From the IMG/VR virus record IMGVR_UViG_3300032236_000438, positions 1-63,753 of that record: a stretch of DNA of 63,753 nt; one strand, 5' to 3'. Both the position numbers and the translations under genes were made by a program. This DNA comes from a virus (lineage: Duplodnaviria; Caudoviricetes). Below are positions 27,281 through 37,105 of the stretch, piece by piece; the first letter of the stretch is position 1; each line of letters starts with the position of its first letter. The notes under the pieces are model-generated. The model was not told the origin of the DNA and made no database searches. It saw only the letters and a list, made by a program, of their open reading frames with translations.

Positions 27281-27907
27281 ATGGCAACAATTCAAAATAA
27301 CCGCTCAACGTTGGCTACAGACCCGATTCGTAACTTTCGGTTCCTTGTAACCTTCCAACCTCAAGATACAGGTAACACTGCTCTTCCTAAGACAACAACC
27401 TTTGGGTTCACATCTGTCTCAGGTCTAGCGGTTACAACTGACTCTATCCCTTACCGTGAAGGTGGATACAACACCACTGTCCACCAGATTCCTGGACAGA
27501 CATCCTTCACACCTCTCACACTACAGCGTGGTGTGGTTCTTGGTTCAGACCAGAACTGGAAGTGGATGAAGCAGTTGTTCCAGACTGTACAGCAGACTGG
27601 TGGACTTGCAACAGGACGCAACTTCCGTTGCGACCTTGAGATTGCAGTTCTCAATCACCCAGTTCCATCATCAGGAGCTGACGTAGTTGCTGGTGCAGCT
27701 ACAGCTGCAGCTGATGAAGTAGCAATGCGTTTTAAGGTTTACAACGCATGGCCTACAACAGTTGCGTACTCTGACCTTAACGCTGGAGATAACGCTCTCT
27801 ACGTTGAGCAGATGACTCTTGTCCACGAAGGTTTTGACCTTAACTGGGCAACTATTACCTCAGCAAATGGCGCTACAACCGTAAACTCAGCTGCAACATT
27901 TCAGTAA
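27281..27907 (+). CDS. Tail tube protein (T4 gp19-like)
   Basis: 'DPIRNFRFLV', 'YREGG', 'LTLQRG', 'NAWPT', 'LVHEG'. Confidence 0.9.
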   Translation: MATIQNNRSTLATDPIRNFRFLVTFQPQDTGNTALPKTTTFGFTSVSGLAVTTDSIPYREGGYNTTVHQIPGQTSFTPLTLQRGVVLGSDQNWKWMKQLFQTVQQTGGLATGRNFRCDLEIAVLNHPVPSSGADVVAGAATAAADEVAMRFKVYNAWPTTVAYSDLNAGDNALYVEQMTLVHEGFDLNWATITSANGATTVNSAATFQ

Positions 27908-27922
27908 TAACAAAGGATAAAA

Positions 27923-28735
27923 ATGACAAGTAAAACAATTAGTGCAGCGGTTAATCCCGCATTGGCAAACAATCTCATTAAAGAAGTTATGGCTGAAAAG
28001 CCAAAGCAAGTAGAAGTAAAGATTGTATCTCCTTCTGACACTTCAGTGACCCTCCCTGGCGGCTACATCACAGACGCTGGGGAGGTCATCACCGATGCTG
28101 AAGTTCGTGAACTTAACGGACGAGATGAAGAGGCAATTGCTCGCTCAACCAATGTAGGTAAAGCGTTCCTTACTATCTTGCAACGTGGAACTGTACGCAT
28201 TGGTGACAAGAAGGTTGATGATGAGCTCCTTAACGAGCTTCTCTCAGGAGACCGAGACATGCTCTTGCTCTCAATCTTTAAGGTCACCTTTGGTGCAGAG
28301 CCAGAGGTAGCAACCTACTGCTACACCTGTAAAGAAGCTAAGACAGTTAATGTTGATATTGACACCGATATCAAAGTCCGAAAGCTAGAAGACCCAATCA
28401 ATGACCGAGTCTTTACTGTACAAGGAAAGAAAAGCGAATTCCTCGTTCAGCTTCCTACTGGCAGTACTCAAAAGGAACTCATGTTAAGCAGCGACAAAAC
28501 AGCCGCAGAACTTAACACCATTCTTCTTGAAAAGACAGTAGTTCAGATTGATGGTGCTCCAGTACTAAGCAAGTTCAACGTACAAAACATTGGTCTTGTT
28601 GACCGTAAGAAGATTATTGAAGAAATTAACAACCGCATCCCAGGTCCACAGTTTGAGCCTCTACAGCTTACCTGCCCTGATTGCGAAAGCGAGGTAAGTG
28701 TTCCTATTAGTTTAGGGTCATTTTTTCGCTTTTAA
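27923..28735 (+). CDS. Tail assembly chaperone/hub assembly protein
   Basis: Between tube and tape measure; 'VRELNGRDEE', 'GDRDMLLL', two CxxC pairs. Confidence 0.7.
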   Translation: MTSKTISAAVNPALANNLIKEVMAEKPKQVEVKIVSPSDTSVTLPGGYITDAGEVITDAEVRELNGRDEEAIARSTNVGKAFLTILQRGTVRIGDKKVDDELLNELLSGDRDMLLLSIFKVTFGAEPEVATYCYTCKEAKTVNVDIDTDIKVRKLEDPINDRVFTVQGKKSEFLVQLPTGSTQKELMLSSDKTAAELNTILLEKTVVQIDGAPVLSKFNVQNIGLVDRKKIIEEINNRIPGPQFEPLQLTCPDCESEVSVPISLGSFFRF

Positions 28736-28874
28736 TAGAGCTGGGTACGAAGAGCTAATGGCTGAATGGAAGCTAGTAGCTGATGAGTACCCAGGTTGGA
28801 CTCTTAGTGACATACAAGCTATGTCACGAAGAGAACGTAAGAACTGGATTGAAGTAAGCCGTATTCATATCTGA
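28731..28874 (+). CDS. C-terminal extension of the tail chaperone (+1 frame; internal ATG at 28758)
   Basis: Open +1 frame reading NRAGYEELMAEW...YPGWTLSDIQAMSRRERKNWIE, a typical gpGT/GpE'-like tail motif. Confidence 0.65.
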   Translation, partial: FNRAGYEELMAEWKLVADEYPGWTLSDIQAMSRRERKNWIEVSRIHI

Positions 28875-28885
28875 AGGGAGCAGCA

Positions 28886-31306
28886 GTGAGTGTAGTAACT
28901 AACATACAGCAGATGTCTGAAGCTGTTGATGCACTGACCCAAAAAGTAAACACTCTTAATGCTGCTGTTTCTAGCACAGCAACTACTGCTCAATCTGCTT
29001 TTGGTAGCGTCCTCAATGGCGTTGCTGCTCAAGGTGGTCAGCTTCAACTAGGCTCAACAAATACAAACATGATGGCTGGCTCTTTAGCGCCATTCAGCAC
29101 ACAGCTCCCAGCACCAACCGGAATGACAGGTGCTGCTGGTGGTGGAGCTACTGGAATGTCTGGAGCGGGAGCGCCTCCTTCTCTACCACCTAGTGCACCA
29201 TCTGCAGCTGCTGCAGGCGGTGGCGGTGGTAACCGTATGACAGGTGCTCTTGCCAAGGTAGGTGGTATTGACCCATCAACAATGGCACAAGGTGCTGGCA
29301 TTATGCAAAGCGCTATCGGTGTTGCACAGATGGCTCTTGCTCCTGTAGCTGGAGCATACGCAGCAGCGATGCCTACTGGACAGATTGTTGACTCTGCTAC
29401 TTCTTACTACCAAGCAACTTTGCGTGCTCCTGGAATGTCTCGTTCTTCAGTAGAGAGCGCAACCTTTGCTGCTATGCAAGGTGGAATGACTAGCGTTGGT
29501 TCTCCAGCAGTTGTCTCTAATATCTTAGCTAACTCTGGATTTATGCCAGGCACATCTCAGTACACACAAGCAGCACAACAAACAGCTCTTGCAGCACAAA
29601 ACTATGGAATAGAAAACTCTGCTGCAGCTAATTCTATTACTTCCATGTCACAAATGGGAATTGCAAATAACCTCTTTAACGTAGGTATTGCAACGCTAGA
29701 TGCAAACGGTAACCAGTTAAGCATGGGTGACATCACTAAGCAATTGATGAATCGTCTGTATCCTAACGGAATTAATCCAGCAGGATTAAACCGCTCAATT
29801 CAGTACGGTTCTTTCCAGAATCAGTTAGCACAGTTTGGTATCACTGACCAAACAACACAGCAACTTATCACTGGAAATGCTATGGACATTGCTTCCGGTA
29901 GAAACCCTAATGCCGTAAACAATAACGCCAATAACGCAAATCCATTAAACGCTATCATGTCAATGAACCAGTCACAGACTGGCATCCTTCAAGGCTCTGA
30001 AGCTAACGCTCTTTCAGGACTACAAACAGCAGCACAATATGTAAAAGCATTTAATGACACTATGGGTCCAATCATTGAAAGCATGGCACGCTACAGAGCT
30101 ATCCTTGAAGGCGGTCTTTCTACTAACGCTGGTCAAGGAGTGAAGGCTGGAGTATCTACCTTCTTTAGTGGCGTTAAGAACCTTGTCGGTGGTTTGGGAA
30201 CAATTGCAATGGCTGCTATTGGTGGGGGAGGAACACCTGGTTATGGTGGTACTTTTGGAGGACCAAAAGGTGGAGGAACTCCTAGCCTAAACGGAATGTC
30301 TTCTACTGCTAACCCAATGATTTCTGCCCCTTACGGTGCTACAGACTCTTCTGGTATCTGGAGCTCAACAGGCAACCAACACCAAGGTGTTGACTATGCA
30401 GTTCCTTCCGGTACTCCTGTTCGTGCAACTAAAGATGGAATTGTTTCTGGAAAAGTTCTTAGCGCAGATTATGGTCAAGCAGTTCTTCTTGAGCATAAAG
30501 ATGGTTGGTCTTCAATCTATGCTCACTTAAGCAATAAAGAAGTTAGCATTGGCTCACAGGTTCTTGCTGGTGATGAGGTTGGTAAGTCAGGCGCATCCGG
30601 TAATACCACAGGTCCTAGCCTTCACTACGAAGTATGGAAAGGCGACAACAATCCTGTTGACCCTGCTTCTCTTCCTGGTTCATTTAATTCTCCAATAGCA
30701 TCAGGTTCTCTTGCTGATGTTAGCTCAGCCGCTGGTCCAAGAGCAGTAAACCCTAATGCAGGAACTGCTGGTGACCAAGAGTTTGCTAAAGCGCTATTAG
30801 CTAAAGCAGGAATCAATGCAACTGATACAAACATTTCTGCGTTGACTACGTGGATGCATTGGGAAGGTGGAACTGCTAACAATGCGTTTAACCCACTTAA
30901 CACAACGCTGGATGCACCAGGAGCTACAAACTTTAACAAGGTAGGAGTTAAGGCTTACACTTCCTTGGGACAAGGCGTTGATGCAACATACAACACCTTA
31001 ACAGGACAAAGCGCTGATAAACGTGGTTACACAGCCATTCTTAATGACCTTAAGAATAACGCTCCATTAGACCAAGTTGTTTCAGACATTAATCATTCTT
31101 CATGGGGAACACACATTAAAGGTGGAGGAACTCCTGGAGCTGGAACCACTATTTCCAACGGCAATTCTGGTGGGGGAACTATAAACAACGTAAGCATCAA
31201 CTTAAGCATTGCACATGCAACTGACAGTGAAGCCCATTTGTTTGCTAAGAAAGTAAAAGAAATATTAGCCAATGACCACAATGTCCTAGCGATTGGAAGC
31301 TCCTGA
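28886..31306 (+). CDS. Tape measure protein with M23 peptidase and lysozyme-like domains
   Basis: A/G/Q-rich helical N-terminus; M23 'HQGVDY', 'YAHL', 'GPSLHYEV'; 'WMHWEGG...FNPLNTT...VKAY' muralytic domain. Confidence 0.85.
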   Translation: MSVVTNIQQMSEAVDALTQKVNTLNAAVSSTATTAQSAFGSVLNGVAAQGGQLQLGSTNTNMMAGSLAPFSTQLPAPTGMTGAAGGGATGMSGAGAPPSLPPSAPSAAAAGGGGGNRMTGALAKVGGIDPSTMAQGAGIMQSAIGVAQMALAPVAGAYAAAMPTGQIVDSATSYYQATLRAPGMSRSSVESATFAAMQGGMTSVGSPAVVSNILANSGFMPGTSQYTQAAQQTALAAQNYGIENSAAANSITSMSQMGIANNLFNVGIATLDANGNQLSMGDITKQLMNRLYPNGINPAGLNRSIQYGSFQNQLAQFGITDQTTQQLITGNAMDIASGRNPNAVNNNANNANPLNAIMSMNQSQTGILQGSEANALSGLQTAAQYVKAFNDTMGPIIESMARYRAILEGGLSTNAGQGVKAGVSTFFSGVKNLVGGLGTIAMAAIGGGGTPGYGGTFGGPKGGGTPSLNGMSSTANPMISAPYGATDSSGIWSSTGNQHQGVDYAVPSGTPVRATKDGIVSGKVLSADYGQAVLLEHKDGWSSIYAHLSNKEVSIGSQVLAGDEVGKSGASGNTTGPSLHYEVWKGDNNPVDPASLPGSFNSPIASGSLADVSSAAGPRAVNPNAGTAGDQEFAKALLAKAGINATDTNISALTTWMHWEGGTANNAFNPLNTTLDAPGATNFNKVGVKAYTSLGQGVDATYNTLTGQSADKRGYTAILNDLKNNAPLDQVVSDINHSSWGTHIKGGGTPGAGTTISNGNSGGGTINNVSINLSIAHATDSEAHLFAKKVKEILANDHNVLAIGSS

Positions 31307-32475
31307 TGACTGCCCCAAAAAAGAAAACAGGTTTCCTTGGTTGGATTGAGAACCACGCAAAAGGGTTAGAGCAAGGTGCGCTTGGTGCTGGTCTTCTTCT
31401 TGCACCTGAAATTGTTGCTCCTATTTTTGGTACTTATGAAATCTATAAGTCTTTGCATTCAAGTTCTCCTAAGACAAAACAAACTAAACCAAAAACTTCA
31501 ACTTCTTCTAGTACAAGCGGAAGTGGCACAACAATTCCATGGAAGCAAACTGCGCCTTTTACTGGTGGTTATGTTTACAACGCTCCAATGGTTGACAATG
31601 CAATCTTTAATCCAACTCCAATTAGCACAGATGATGGTGTGTTTGGTCAAGTAGATTTACAGGCATATCAGAACGCAAAGAATGCTTGGACAACAAAAGA
31701 TGGCAAAGTACATGCAGCAAAAGGCGCTTTTCAAATGGATAGATACCTTTGGAAATCCTCTGCTGCTATGCAAATTACTGCTTCTCTAAAGAAGCAAGGC
31801 AAGCCAGTACCAACACAGATGAATGGATTTAAGTTTTTGTATAACCCTCAGACTGTAGCTATGACTTGGGGACAAACTACATTTACTAATAACCAAGCTT
31901 TGTTGCAAGGACTTGACTCTATTGTTCCAGCTGCACCTGGCTCAACAAATTCAAGTATTAGTTTTTGGATTCCTTTAAACCGTATGCAAGATGCTAACTA
32001 CCTAAATCCGGATGGAAGCTACTTGTGGTCTGATGACAAATTTACACAAGCAACAGACAGCATCAATTACAACATAAACCAAATTAATAAAACATTAGGT
32101 GGCAAAGGAAACTTGCCAATTACTCCAAAGCTTCCTTACTCATACGACGTCCCTATTGCTGAACGTAAGGCAGTCTATGAAAAAGGAACTATGTATGACG
32201 TTGAGTGGTTAATGAAGACCATTAATGGTTGGGCTTTCTTAGACCATACATCAGACGTTAGTGGCTTGAAAACAAACGATATGGGATTTTTGCTTCAGTT
32301 CCCAGTGGAACTACATCTTGGTAATAGCCTTAGATATCGTGTTCAAGTTACAGACATTTCTGTTAACCATATAATCTTTAACTCAAGAATGATTCCTATT
32401 TGGTCAACAGTTAACATTACATGTAGAAGATTCCCAGAGTACAACTTCTCTGACATCAGTAAGACTCTAAAGTAA
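31306..32475 (+). CDS. Tube initiator/baseplate protein
   Basis: 'FKFLYNPQTV' and 'HIIFNSRMIP' CIS-tube-like motifs, directly after the tape measure. Confidence 0.55.
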   Translation: MTAPKKKTGFLGWIENHAKGLEQGALGAGLLLAPEIVAPIFGTYEIYKSLHSSSPKTKQTKPKTSTSSSTSGSGTTIPWKQTAPFTGGYVYNAPMVDNAIFNPTPISTDDGVFGQVDLQAYQNAKNAWTTKDGKVHAAKGAFQMDRYLWKSSAAMQITASLKKQGKPVPTQMNGFKFLYNPQTVAMTWGQTTFTNNQALLQGLDSIVPAAPGSTNSSISFWIPLNRMQDANYLNPDGSYLWSDDKFTQATDSINYNINQINKTLGGKGNLPITPKLPYSYDVPIAERKAVYEKGTMYDVEWLMKTINGWAFLDHTSDVSGLKTNDMGFLLQFPVELHLGNSLRYRVQVTDISVNHIIFNSRMIPIWSTVNITCRRFPEYNFSDISKTLK

Positions 32476-32487
32476 AGGTGACATCAG

Positions 32488-32763
32488 ATGATTTATTCAG
32501 ATAGTAGATACCTTGATGGAGCATTGCCTGTTGTTTATAGGGAGTATTCAGGCAACCATGAGCAAGCCGTGTACAGAACTTGGCCTTCTTACACTGTTGA
32601 TTACCGCTATTACACAGTCAATGAGATTGACCGCATTGAAGGTATTGCATCTAAGTTCTTAGGTAATCCAGAACTTTGGTGGATGATTATGGATGTTAAT
32701 CCAGAAATTTTAAATCCATTTGAGATTCCACCAGGAACTCAATTAAGGATTCCTAATGAGTAA
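32488..32763 (+). CDS. LysM-like baseplate wedge protein (gp53/tail X-like)
   Basis: 'DRIEGIASKFLGNPELWWMIMDVNPEI..PFEIPPGTQLRIP'. Confidence 0.8.
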   Translation: MIYSDSRYLDGALPVVYREYSGNHEQAVYRTWPSYTVDYRYYTVNEIDRIEGIASKFLGNPELWWMIMDVNPEILNPFEIPPGTQLRIPNE

Positions 32764-34012
32764 CGAGACACGCCAGTTAAGATACGGCACTAGTTACACG
32801 GTTGAGTTTCCTGACTTTCCTTCTTTTAACGTTCAACCAAAAAAGTTTAGACTAGTGCAAGAACAAGGAAAACACGATGTTCTTGAGCTCACCTTTCCTG
32901 TAATCAATCCTTTCTTTTTAAAGTCTTTTAAGACCGGCGCACTTGTGCGTTTAAAGTGGAAGACAGGCCGAGCATCTGGGGAGTTTGTTGGGCATCTATA
33001 CAGTGTCCGTACTGCTACTCAATCCACACAGACACGAGACACAATCATCACTTGCATGGGTACAGGATTTTCTTTAAAAGAAGGCGGTGCAAAAGTCTGG
33101 AACAATAAGACTGCTTCAGAGATTGTTACCGACGTTGCTAAGTCAGCAAAGCTAAAGCCTATTGTCACACAAAGCCCTGTCAGGTTTGCACAGCAATCTA
33201 TGACCGGCCATTCTTACTGGGAGAAAATCCAAGAGCTTGCACAACGTATTGGTTATGTAGCGCATATCTATGGAGTAGAACTTCACTTTCATCCTATTGA
33301 CAAAATGATTGATGCGTTTATCTCTAACATTCCTGTGCTGTCTTTTCAAGATGCTTTCTATAACTCTGGAACAAGTATAGAAGGCCAAACTTTAGACGTC
33401 TTTAAACCTTTAGTTGGAGACATACATGAAGCTGGAAAGCACACTAAGAAAGACAAAATTGTTTCAGGAATAGATAGCACTACAGGTAAATCTTTTAGCC
33501 ATGTTGCTTCCCCTTCCAAAGTTGGAAAGAACTTAAGAAAGAAAGCAACAACAGAGTTGTTTCAAGAAATAGTTCCTTCAAGAATTGTAGAGACTCCTGC
33601 AGAGGCTAAGGCGATGGCTGAAGCATTTGCTCAGTTAGGAAGGTTCTCTATTCATGCTGAAGGACAGGCACAAGGTGACCCAAGAATTGCCCCATATAAA
33701 ACCGTAGAGATTAATGGCACAGGAGATTTTACTGATGGTTTTTGGGTAGTAGACAAAGCAGTTCATACAGGATTTATGGACGGTCGCTACATCTGCGAAT
33801 TTACTTGTATGACCGATGGTTTAGGGGAGAACAAATCTAGCGGAAGTCGTCCAGGTTCAGCTGTAACCATGTCTGGAACAAGAAACATACCTGTTGAAAA
33901 CGTTACAGGCATTAAGGTTAAAAGCACTCCTGCTAGAATCAGTGCACCGTCTCAAGTGTTTAATCAAGGTAACTCAAGCTATAAAGCTTTTCCTAGGAAG
34001 TGGGTAGGTTAA
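32756..34012 (+). CDS. Baseplate hub (gp27/late-control D-like)
   Basis: 'KTASEIV..VA', 'QQ...SYWE.IQELA.RIGY', 'GDPRIAP'. Confidence 0.75.
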   Translation: MSNETRQLRYGTSYTVEFPDFPSFNVQPKKFRLVQEQGKHDVLELTFPVINPFFLKSFKTGALVRLKWKTGRASGEFVGHLYSVRTATQSTQTRDTIITCMGTGFSLKEGGAKVWNNKTASEIVTDVAKSAKLKPIVTQSPVRFAQQSMTGHSYWEKIQELAQRIGYVAHIYGVELHFHPIDKMIDAFISNIPVLSFQDAFYNSGTSIEGQTLDVFKPLVGDIHEAGKHTKKDKIVSGIDSTTGKSFSHVASPSKVGKNLRKKATTELFQEIVPSRIVETPAEAKAMAEAFAQLGRFSIHAEGQAQGDPRIAPYKTVEINGTGDFTDGFWVVDKAVHTGFMDGRYICEFTCMTDGLGENKSSGSRPGSAVTMSGTRNIPVENVTGIKVKSTPARISAPSQVFNQGNSSYKAFPRKWVG

Positions 34013-34413
34013 TGGAAACAGCTATTTCATTACCCTTTGTAGTAGACCCATATGGTTCTATAACTTCTACTACAGACCAAGCAAAAATTTGGGCTGACAG
34101 AGTTCGTTCTGTTATCGGAACAAACTTAAATGAAAGAGTGATGCTGCCTACCTTTGGAACTTTAGTTCCTTCTGCTTTTATGGAAACAGTTGATGCAGCA
34201 GACGCCCTAATATCAAGCGAGATAAGAGCAGCTTTTGCTAATCAACTTCCTCTCTTGACATTTGAAACAGCAGACATTACATACGATGAATACTCCAACA
34301 CCGTAAATATCAGCATTATCTATGACCTACCAAACAATCAGCAAACTGCAGTAACAACAATTGCTCTTATAACCGTTGACGGAAGTAACCCAGCTTCAGA
34401 GGAGAACCTATGA
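34012..34413 (+). CDS. Sheath initiator (gp25/GPW-like)
   Basis: 'SLPF', 'T.LNERVMLPTFG'. Confidence 0.8.
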   Translation: METAISLPFVVDPYGSITSTTDQAKIWADRVRSVIGTNLNERVMLPTFGTLVPSAFMETVDAADALISSEIRAAFANQLPLLTFETADITYDEYSNTVNISIIYDLPNNQQTAVTTIALITVDGSNPASEENL

Positions 34414-35960
34414 CAATCACACCTCCATCCCTTATTCCGGTATCGGTTGATTACACAAGCCGTGACTACTATGCAATTCGTGACCAGTTAATCTCCCGTG
34501 TTCAAGACCGTCTACCAACATGGACTGGTAACAACCCTGCAGATTTTGGAATTGCTTTGATTGAAGCGTTCTCTTACATGGGCGATTTAATGTCTTTCTA
34601 TATTGACAGAGCTGCTAATGAGTCCTTCATAGCAACAGCTACCCAACGAGAAAGCGTTTACAACCTTGCTAAAACCTATGGATATAACCCATCAGGCTAT
34701 AAATCAGCAACGGTTTCAGTTAAGTTTACAAACTCAGCTGATGTGCAGATTGACATTCCTGCAGGAACGGTTGTATACGGAGATGTTGTTACAGGAACAA
34801 ACAAAGACATCGTTAACCAAGTTTATTTTACAACTACTGTAGACACAACTGCTCCTGCCAATAACTATGTTTATGTAGACGCAACACATGGGCAGTCAGT
34901 CTCTCTTGTTTCTGCAAATGCAAATGCGTATGGAGAATATGTAGGCTCTTCTGATGGAACCCCTAACCAAGTATTTTTACTTGGAGAATCTCCTGTTGTA
35001 GATGGCTCAATTACTGTTTACATTAAAGACGGAACTTCTTACTCTAAGTGGAAAGAAGTAAAGCACATTCTTGACAGCGGTCCTAGCGACCAGGTCTTCA
35101 CTACGTTTAGTGACTCCAATAACAACATTTATATTCAATTTGGTAACGGTATTTCAGGATTGATTCCAGTAAACCTCAAAGAAATTAGAGCACTGTACAC
35201 AGTAGGTGGAGGAACTATTGGAAATATTCTCAATGGAATCATCACAAACATTGAATATGTTCCTGGATTAAACACAAATGATTTTGCAGCTTTTGTAACT
35301 AACATTTCAGTGTTAAACGAGACAGTAGCCACAGGAGGAACGGACCCAGATACTATTGAAGTTGTTCGTTATCTTGCTCCTCTTTATCTTCGTGCAAACA
35401 GCCGTGCAATTACTCTTGAAGATTTTAAGAGCCTTGCTATTGGAGCTGGTGCAGGAAAAGCAAAAGGGGTTTCAGGAACTAACTGGACGTCTGTAACGCT
35501 TTATATTGGTCCAAAAAGAAATGCTACAGATAATGACTTGGCTCCTGGGTTAGATAGCAACGGAGACCCAACTACTGAGTTTACAAATCTGTCAACAACA
35601 GTAGTAAATGCTTTGACTCCAAGCTTATTGATTGGTACGTCATTGACTATTCAACCACCTACTTATGTAGACGTTGTTATTGCGATTCAATATTTAGCTA
35701 ACCCACAATACACACATTCAGAAGTGGAAGCTGAAATTAAATCTGCAATGATTACTACCTATGGGTACTACAACAATGATTTTGCCCAAACAATTCACCA
35801 ACAAGACATTGAGTACACCTTAAATGGCTTAAACTCTGTAAAACTTGCCAAGGTAACAGTGTTGCATCGCCAAGGAGATTCGGGACTAAACACTCTAGTT
35901 GGGGATGAACCTGAAATCTTTCGTTTCCAAGAAGGAAACATTAGCCTTGGTTCTATGTGA
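34410..35960 (+). CDS. Baseplate J/gp6-like wedge protein
   Basis: 'DYTSRDY', 'DFGIALIE', 'NESFIATATQRES', 'FGNG..G.IP', 'GGTDP', 'RAITLEDF'. Confidence 0.9.
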   Translation: MTITPPSLIPVSVDYTSRDYYAIRDQLISRVQDRLPTWTGNNPADFGIALIEAFSYMGDLMSFYIDRAANESFIATATQRESVYNLAKTYGYNPSGYKSATVSVKFTNSADVQIDIPAGTVVYGDVVTGTNKDIVNQVYFTTTVDTTAPANNYVYVDATHGQSVSLVSANANAYGEYVGSSDGTPNQVFLLGESPVVDGSITVYIKDGTSYSKWKEVKHILDSGPSDQVFTTFSDSNNNIYIQFGNGISGLIPVNLKEIRALYTVGGGTIGNILNGIITNIEYVPGLNTNDFAAFVTNISVLNETVATGGTDPDTIEVVRYLAPLYLRANSRAITLEDFKSLAIGAGAGKAKGVSGTNWTSVTLYIGPKRNATDNDLAPGLDSNGDPTTEFTNLSTTVVNALTPSLLIGTSLTIQPPTYVDVVIAIQYLANPQYTHSEVEAEIKSAMITTYGYYNNDFAQTIHQQDIEYTLNGLNSVKLAKVTVLHRQGDSGLNTLVGDEPEIFRFQEGNISLGSM

Positions 35961-36490
35961 TGACGGACAGCGTTAAGACCTTAAATGGTGTCTACAAAGC
36001 TACGGTCTTAGATAACAAAGACCCTAAAAAACAAAACCGTGTAAAAGTAACCCTTCAGTTTTTTAATACGCCTAAAGGCTCTACTCAGAAACCTTTAAGC
36101 ACTGATTGGATTCTTCCTATAACTCCTGTCGGATTAAACCTTCCTGCACCAGCTATTGGTCAAGGGGTATGGGTAATGTTTCAAGCGGGAGACCCTTCCT
36201 ATCCTGTATGGATAGGGGAGTTTGGAAAGCACCAAGACAAAAGTAAAAAGATGTTAATAAAGCCGTTACTTAACTCGGTTTCTTTAACGGGCCTTACTCC
36301 TTACTTAATCATAGTTACCCAAGCAGACGGCACACAAGAAGTAGATTTAGTTGCAACTTTGCTTGCTATGGCAGCCAAGTTAAAAGACCATGAAACAAGA
36401 ATTGCTTCTATTGAGTCTCAATTAACTACTTTGCATACAACTTTGGCTTCTAGAACTAGCCCAAGCCACACTCACGGCAGCAACGGATAG
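35957..36490 (+). CDS. Baseplate spike (gp5/gpV OB-fold)
   Basis: 'GVYKATVLDNKDP..QNRVKV', 'PAIGQGVWVMFQAGDPSYPVW'; C-terminal HTH metal-binding tip. Confidence 0.8.
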   Translation: MMTDSVKTLNGVYKATVLDNKDPKKQNRVKVTLQFFNTPKGSTQKPLSTDWILPITPVGLNLPAPAIGQGVWVMFQAGDPSYPVWIGEFGKHQDKSKKMLIKPLLNSVSLTGLTPYLIIVTQADGTQEVDLVATLLAMAAKLKDHETRIASIESQLTTLHTTLASRTSPSHTHGSNG

Positions 36491-36556
36491 CAGTTAAGGC
36501 AGTAAAAAGAGGGCAAACCAGAGAAAATAAGCCGATAGGTTTGAAAGGACAGACTA

Positions 36557-37102
36557 GTGGCAAACGTTTCACCTACATACCCAGCCAACCTCGTTTCGTA
36601 TGGAACCGATGTTGTTGACTTCACCACCACTGTTCTTGCTGCACATGTCAACACTCTTCGTGCGGAAGTTGTATCTTTAGAAACAGTAGTAGGAACTTAT
36701 CCAACTCTTAGCTCTGGATGGGTAGGCTCATTTGTTCAACAGCCTATTTCGTACACCTGGAACACCCTTAAAGACCGTATCAATAACATTGAGTACGGAT
36801 TAGCAGTAGCCTACGCAGCTAAGACCCCAACAGGTGGAACCTCTGGTCAAGTTCTCGTAAAGAACTCAAGCACTGACTACGACTTCTCATGGACTACTGC
36901 AAACTTCTTGCCTTCTCAGTCTACGCACAATGGTCAGTTCTTAACTACCAACGGTTCATCGGCATCATGGGCTGCAGTAAGCCAGGTACCTTCAGTAACT
37001 GGAAACAACGGCAAGTTCTTAACCACAGATGGTAGTACCTATTCATGGGGAACTATCCCTTCAGGAGAAACGTTTAATCCACTTCTACTTATCGGAGCGT
37101 AA
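36557..37102 (+). CDS. Short tail fibre/adaptor
   Basis: 'GGTSGQVLVKNSSTDYD.SW', two 'P....NG.FLTT.G...SW' repeats, C-terminus 'NPLLLIGA'. Confidence 0.6.
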   Translation: MANVSPTYPANLVSYGTDVVDFTTTVLAAHVNTLRAEVVSLETVVGTYPTLSSGWVGSFVQQPISYTWNTLKDRINNIEYGLAVAYAAKTPTGGTSGQVLVKNSSTDYDFSWTTANFLPSQSTHNGQFLTTNGSSASWAAVSQVPSVTGNNGKFLTTDGSTYSWGTIPSGETFNPLLLIGA

Positions 37103-37105
37103 TAC

